Shown here piece by piece: positions 58,611-64,000 of a stretch of 64,000 nucleotides of DNA. The position numbers and the translations under genes were made by a program. Source of the stretch: Desulfobacteraceae bacterium UBA2174. Its GTDB lineage: Bacteria; Desulfobacterota; Desulfobacteria; Desulfobacterales; UBA2174. The stretch is from assembly GCA_002327445.1 (NCBI GenBank), contig DCWA01000006.1, forward strand, positions 29,662-93,661. The letters are read 5' to 3'. The notes below the pieces were generated by a model. That model did no database searches. It saw nothing but the letters and a program-made list of their open reading frames with translations, and was not told where the DNA came from. Positions within the stretch are counted from its first letter, which is position 1; every line of letters starts with the position of its first letter.

Positions 58611-59201
58611 ATGGCGGATCGCAAGGCCACCGTTCGACGAAAGACCCTGGAAACCGATATCCGCCTGGCGCTGAACCTCGACGGTACCGGCAAGGCAGCC
58701 GTGAGCACCCGGATCGGCTTTTTCGATCACATGCTGACCCTCTTCGCGGTGCACGGTTTTTTCGACCTGGATCTGGAAGCCCGCGGCGACCTGGAAGTGG
58801 ACGGCCATCACACGGTGGAAGATGTGGGCCTCTCCCTGGGCGATGCCGTGGCCGAGGCCTTGGCGGATCGCAAGGGGATTCGCCGGTACGGGCATGCGGT
58901 GACCCCCATGGACGACGCCCTGGCGGCAGTGACCATCGATTTGTCCAACCGGCCTTTCCTCGTGTGGCGGCTCCCGCCGGGCGACTTTGCCGCCGGTGGC
59001 TTCGATGCCCTGCTGGCCAAGGAGTTTTTCCGTTCCTTGAGCAATCGCGGGGGGATGAATCTTCATGTGGAGGTTCCCTACGGGGAAAACGGTCACCACG
59101 TGCTGGAAGCGATGTTCAAGTCCCTGGGACGCGCCCTGGATCAGGCCGCCGGGCAAGAACCGCGGGTGCGGTCGGTCAGGTCGAGCAAAGGGGTTCTGTA
59201 A
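58611..59201 (+). CDS. hisB: Imidazoleglycerol-phosphate dehydratase
   Basis: FFDHML, GDLEVDGHHTVED, NGHH..EA.FK, SSKGVL. Confidence 0.96.
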   Translation: MADRKATVRRKTLETDIRLALNLDGTGKAAVSTRIGFFDHMLTLFAVHGFFDLDLEARGDLEVDGHHTVEDVGLSLGDAVAEALADRKGIRRYGHAVTPMDDALAAVTIDLSNRPFLVWRLPPGDFAAGGFDALLAKEFFRSLSNRGGMNLHVEVPYGENGHHVLEAMFKSLGRALDQAAGQEPRVRSVRSSKGVL

Positions 59202-59216
59202 ATCGCCCGACCGTCG

Positions 59217-59984
59217 ATGCGGGCGGATGGGCAGCGGGGGGCATCAGAAATGGGAGCGCACAAAGCGGATCTGGAGGCAGGTCTGGCGGGTGCCCGGGGC
59301 CGGGTGGTCCTGGTGCTCATTTGGCTGGCGCTGACCGGCGGATGCACCACCGCCAAGGTGCCGGTCGCAGGGACGGAAGAGACGCCGATACCGGCGCGCA
59401 TCGCCTTGGCGCCCGTCATCGACATGGCGCGGGTTTACGGCGAAGGCCAGAGCGCCCGGCTGCCGCTGACCGGCAAGATGTTTGTGACCGGAGAGGTGGC
59501 TCCGGATGTCGCCGAGTTGCTGACCACCGAAACCGAGACGATCTTGCGGGACAGGGGTTTCCAAGTGGTCCCGCCGGAATCGGTGGGCAGCGTCATGGAA
59601 ACGCTCGGCGCCAGGTCGGAATTCAAGCCCGGGCAGCGGGAAGTGATCCTGGCCTCGGCCCGCCAAGTGGAGGCGGAAGCCATCCTGGTCGGGTACCTCT
59701 ACCGGATCCATGGAAGACAAGGGGGGCGCTTTGCCGTTCGTCAACCCGCATCGGTGGCCTATGGTCTTTACCTGGTGGCGGTCGACGGTGGAAGGATGCT
59801 CTGGTCCGGGGAGTTCGACGAGACGCAGCGCTCGCTGTTCGAAAATCTGTTCGGCCTCGGCGACTTTATCCGCCGGCGCGGGGAGTGGGTCAGCGCGACG
59901 CGCATGGCCACCGACAGCGTGCGGGAAATCCTGGGCGATTTTCCGGCTCCTCCAGGAGAGATCGGAAAGGCCGATTCGCCCTGA
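59217..59984 (+). CDS. Putative lipoprotein (start uncertain)
   Basis: Hydrophobic stretch ending LTGGC; alpha/beta fold reminiscent of CsgG/LpoB-like lipoproteins. Confidence 0.65.
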   Translation: MRADGQRGASEMGAHKADLEAGLAGARGRVVLVLIWLALTGGCTTAKVPVAGTEETPIPARIALAPVIDMARVYGEGQSARLPLTGKMFVTGEVAPDVAELLTTETETILRDRGFQVVPPESVGSVMETLGARSEFKPGQREVILASARQVEAEAILVGYLYRIHGRQGGRFAVRQPASVAYGLYLVAVDGGRMLWSGEFDETQRSLFENLFGLGDFIRRRGEWVSATRMATDSVREILGDFPAPPGEIGKADSP

Positions 59985-60278
59985 GGAAGATGCCGTAACC
60001 TGGATGAGGCTGTTGCGCCGCGGGAAAATCCACCGCCGGCGGGCGCGGATGAAAATCATCCGGCCGGCGGCCGGGAGAAATGCCTTTTCGTCCGCGGGCG
60101 GCAGTGCCGGCCTGTGGTTCGTGTCGCTGCACTGCCATCTACCAACATCCGGAAGACAGAGCGGGTTCAGCCGCCGGCGGTTCCCGGGCCAACCGCGAAA
60201 GACTTCGGTGGACCTGGCGCCGGAGGGCCGGCATTGCGGTCGACCTGTCTCCGGGGCGTCGCTGGCGGGAGGATCCGC

Positions 60279-62102
60279 TTGGCAGGTCTGATCCCCGAAT
60301 CCATCATCGAAGACGTCCGTCGCGCGGCCGATATCGTCGAGGTCATTTCGGAAGTGGTCGTTCTCAAGCCGGCCGGCCGAAACCTCGTGGGCCTCTGCCC
60401 TTTCCACAACGAAAAAACGCCATCGTTCACCGTCAGCCCGGAAAAGCAGATTTTCCACTGTTTCGGATGCGGCCAGGGCGGCAACGTATTCGCCTTCACG
60501 ATGCAGCACCAGGGAATCAGCTTCCCCGAAGCGGTCCGCGCGCTGGCCGAGCGCTACCACATCAGCATCCCGGATACCGCCAGAGACGGCGCATCCGCCA
60601 ATGGCGCCGATCAGCGTGCCCGGCTCCAGGCCGCCAATGCCCTGGCACTGGAATTCTACCGCAAGGCGCTGGCCCACCCGGTCCAGGGCCAACCGGCCCG
60701 CGATTACCTCTCCCGGCGCGGCCTCAGCGCCGCACTGATCCAGGCGTTTCAGCTCGGCTTCGCCCCACCGGGCTGGGATCACCTCGCGCGGTTTCTCAAG
60801 GGGCGGCGAGTTCCGGATGCGGTGGCCGAAAAAGCCGGGTTGATCGCCCCGCGCCAGAGTGGCAGCGGGTTTTACGACCGGTTCCGGGGGCGCATCATCT
60901 TCCCGATCATCGACCTGAGCGGCAAGGTGGCCGGTTTCGGCGGCCGGGTCCTGGACGACAGCCTGCCCAAATACCTCAACTCTCCGGAAACCCCCCTGTA
61001 CAACAAGCGGCGTTGCCTCTACGGCCTGTACCAGGCCCGGGACCATTGCCGGGCCAAAAAAGCGGTCTATATTGTCGAAGGGTATCTGGACCTGTTGGCC
61101 CTTCACCAGTACGGGATCGCCAATGCCGTGGCGACGCTGGGCACGGCCTTGACCGCGGAACAAGTGGCTCTGCTGAAACGGTTTGTCGGCAGCGGGGACA
61201 TCGTGCTGGTTTTCGACGGAGACGCGGCCGGTCAGAAGGCCGCCGAGCGCACCCGGCCGATTTTCGAGCAGTTGCACTCCCGTTTCCAGCCCGGCAGCTA
61301 CCAGCGTGAAAGCGGGGTCAACACCCGGGTGCTGGAACTGCCCGGAGGACACGATCCGGACACGTTTCTGCGGGAGAAGGGCGCGGAGGCCTTTACGGCC
61401 CTGGCCGCCAAGGCCAAGGGAATGGTCGCTTTTCTCATCGATGCGGCCCTGCGCCAGCATGGCGATACCATCGAGGGGCGGGCGCTGGCCGTCGGCGAGC
61501 TGGTCGGCCCGCTCCAGGCCGTGAGCGATCCGGTGACCCGCTCCCTGTACGTCAAACTGCTGGCCGAAAGGGTCGGGGTGGACGAGGCGGCGATTGCCCG
61601 GCGGCTCTCCCGGGGAGGGACCCATCGCCCGGCGCCGGTGTCCGGTGAACCCCGGGCCGGCGTCCCGGAACGGCTGCCGGCCATCGAGCGCCAGTTGACC
61701 GCCATGATGATCCAGTATCCGGAGGTTTTGCCGGACATCGACAAAAGAAATTTGACGTCTTATTTTAAAAATTTGCAATTGAAAGCCGTCGCCGAGGCCG
61801 TCCTGATCCACTATCGGGAATCCGGAACGGCGGACGGCGTCATCGAACGCCTGGCGGATCCACAGCTTCAGCGGTTGGCCGCCGCTTTGGCCATCCGGGA
61901 AGAACAGTGGACCGTTTCGGGATGTCGGCAGTTGATCGCGCAGTTCGTACGCGCGCGCAGCCGGCCGAGCCGGGAGATGCTCGATGCCATCGCCCAAGCT
62001 GAACAGGCCGCCGATGACGGGCGCTGGCAGCAACTGCTGCTGGAGCGGCAGAAAGCCGCGCGGCAGGGGGAGCGCACCAGACGGAAGCTGTTGAATCGCT
62101 AG
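60279..62102 (+). CDS. dnaG: DNA primase (TTG start after GGAGG)
   Basis: CPFHNEKTPSF..HCFGC, DRFRGRIIFPI, KYLNSPET, EGYLD, FDGDAAG. Confidence 0.96.
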   Translation: MAGLIPESIIEDVRRAADIVEVISEVVVLKPAGRNLVGLCPFHNEKTPSFTVSPEKQIFHCFGCGQGGNVFAFTMQHQGISFPEAVRALAERYHISIPDTARDGASANGADQRARLQAANALALEFYRKALAHPVQGQPARDYLSRRGLSAALIQAFQLGFAPPGWDHLARFLKGRRVPDAVAEKAGLIAPRQSGSGFYDRFRGRIIFPIIDLSGKVAGFGGRVLDDSLPKYLNSPETPLYNKRRCLYGLYQARDHCRAKKAVYIVEGYLDLLALHQYGIANAVATLGTALTAEQVALLKRFVGSGDIVLVFDGDAAGQKAAERTRPIFEQLHSRFQPGSYQRESGVNTRVLELPGGHDPDTFLREKGAEAFTALAAKAKGMVAFLIDAALRQHGDTIEGRALAVGELVGPLQAVSDPVTRSLYVKLLAERVGVDEAAIARRLSRGGTHRPAPVSGEPRAGVPERLPAIERQLTAMMIQYPEVLPDIDKRNLTSYFKNLQLKAVAEAVLIHYRESGTADGVIERLADPQLQRLAAALAIREEQWTVSGCRQLIAQFVRARSRPSREMLDAIAQAEQAADDGRWQQLLLERQKAARQGERTRRKLLNR

Positions 62103-62138
62103 CCACGATCAGCCCTGCATTCCAGGAGGATTCCATTC

Positions 62139-63980
<1,842 letters not shown>

Positions 63981-64000
63981 CAAAGATTCCGCCGGTCGAT

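Overview
GC-rich bacterial chromosomal window, most consistent with a sulfate-reducer-like deltaproteobacterium (Desulfobacterales-type; inferred from gene content). 1-6.2 kb: ABC permease end, DUF4197 protein, anion transporter, a sigma54 activator followed by a consensus sigma54 promoter with two small OB-fold-like genes, HU, and a His-rich small protein. 6.7-14.8 kb (highlight): a hydrogenase/heterodisulfide-reductase operon that the ORF track breaks at three in-frame TGA codons. Each TGA occupies a conserved Cys position (HdrA, MvhD, MvhA L2 motif) and is followed by a hairpin whose loop starts exactly 22 nt after it, so these read as three selenoproteins with SECIS elements and a [NiFeSe] group-3c-type enzyme. 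The operon also holds an FrhB-like subunit and no HdrBC. Its first gene is an FrhD-like maturation protease fused to an excisionase-type HTH that continues in frame, with no stop, into HdrA; short direct repeats lie at its promoter. 15-27.6 kb: USP, orphan RsbT / HD-GYP regulator / adenylate cyclase cassette, AbrB-like protein, DUF4139, ppdK, internally deleted photolyase, response regulator, htpX, TetR, dodecin. 27.7-64 kb: housekeeping (tRNA-Val, ihfB, scpBA, trpS, CBS-domain tRNA nucleotidyltransferase, pilC/pilS, lysS, a long lol-bam-lpx-msbA-lpt-waaA-lpxK envelope operon, fungal/plant-type fused hisHF, yceD, metallo-hydrolase, hisB, lipoprotein, dnaG, rpoD). Several intergenic AT-rich tandem-repeat/palindromic elements occur, including two copies of one ~150-bp element. 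All calls come from reading the sequence and recalled motifs; no database search was run.
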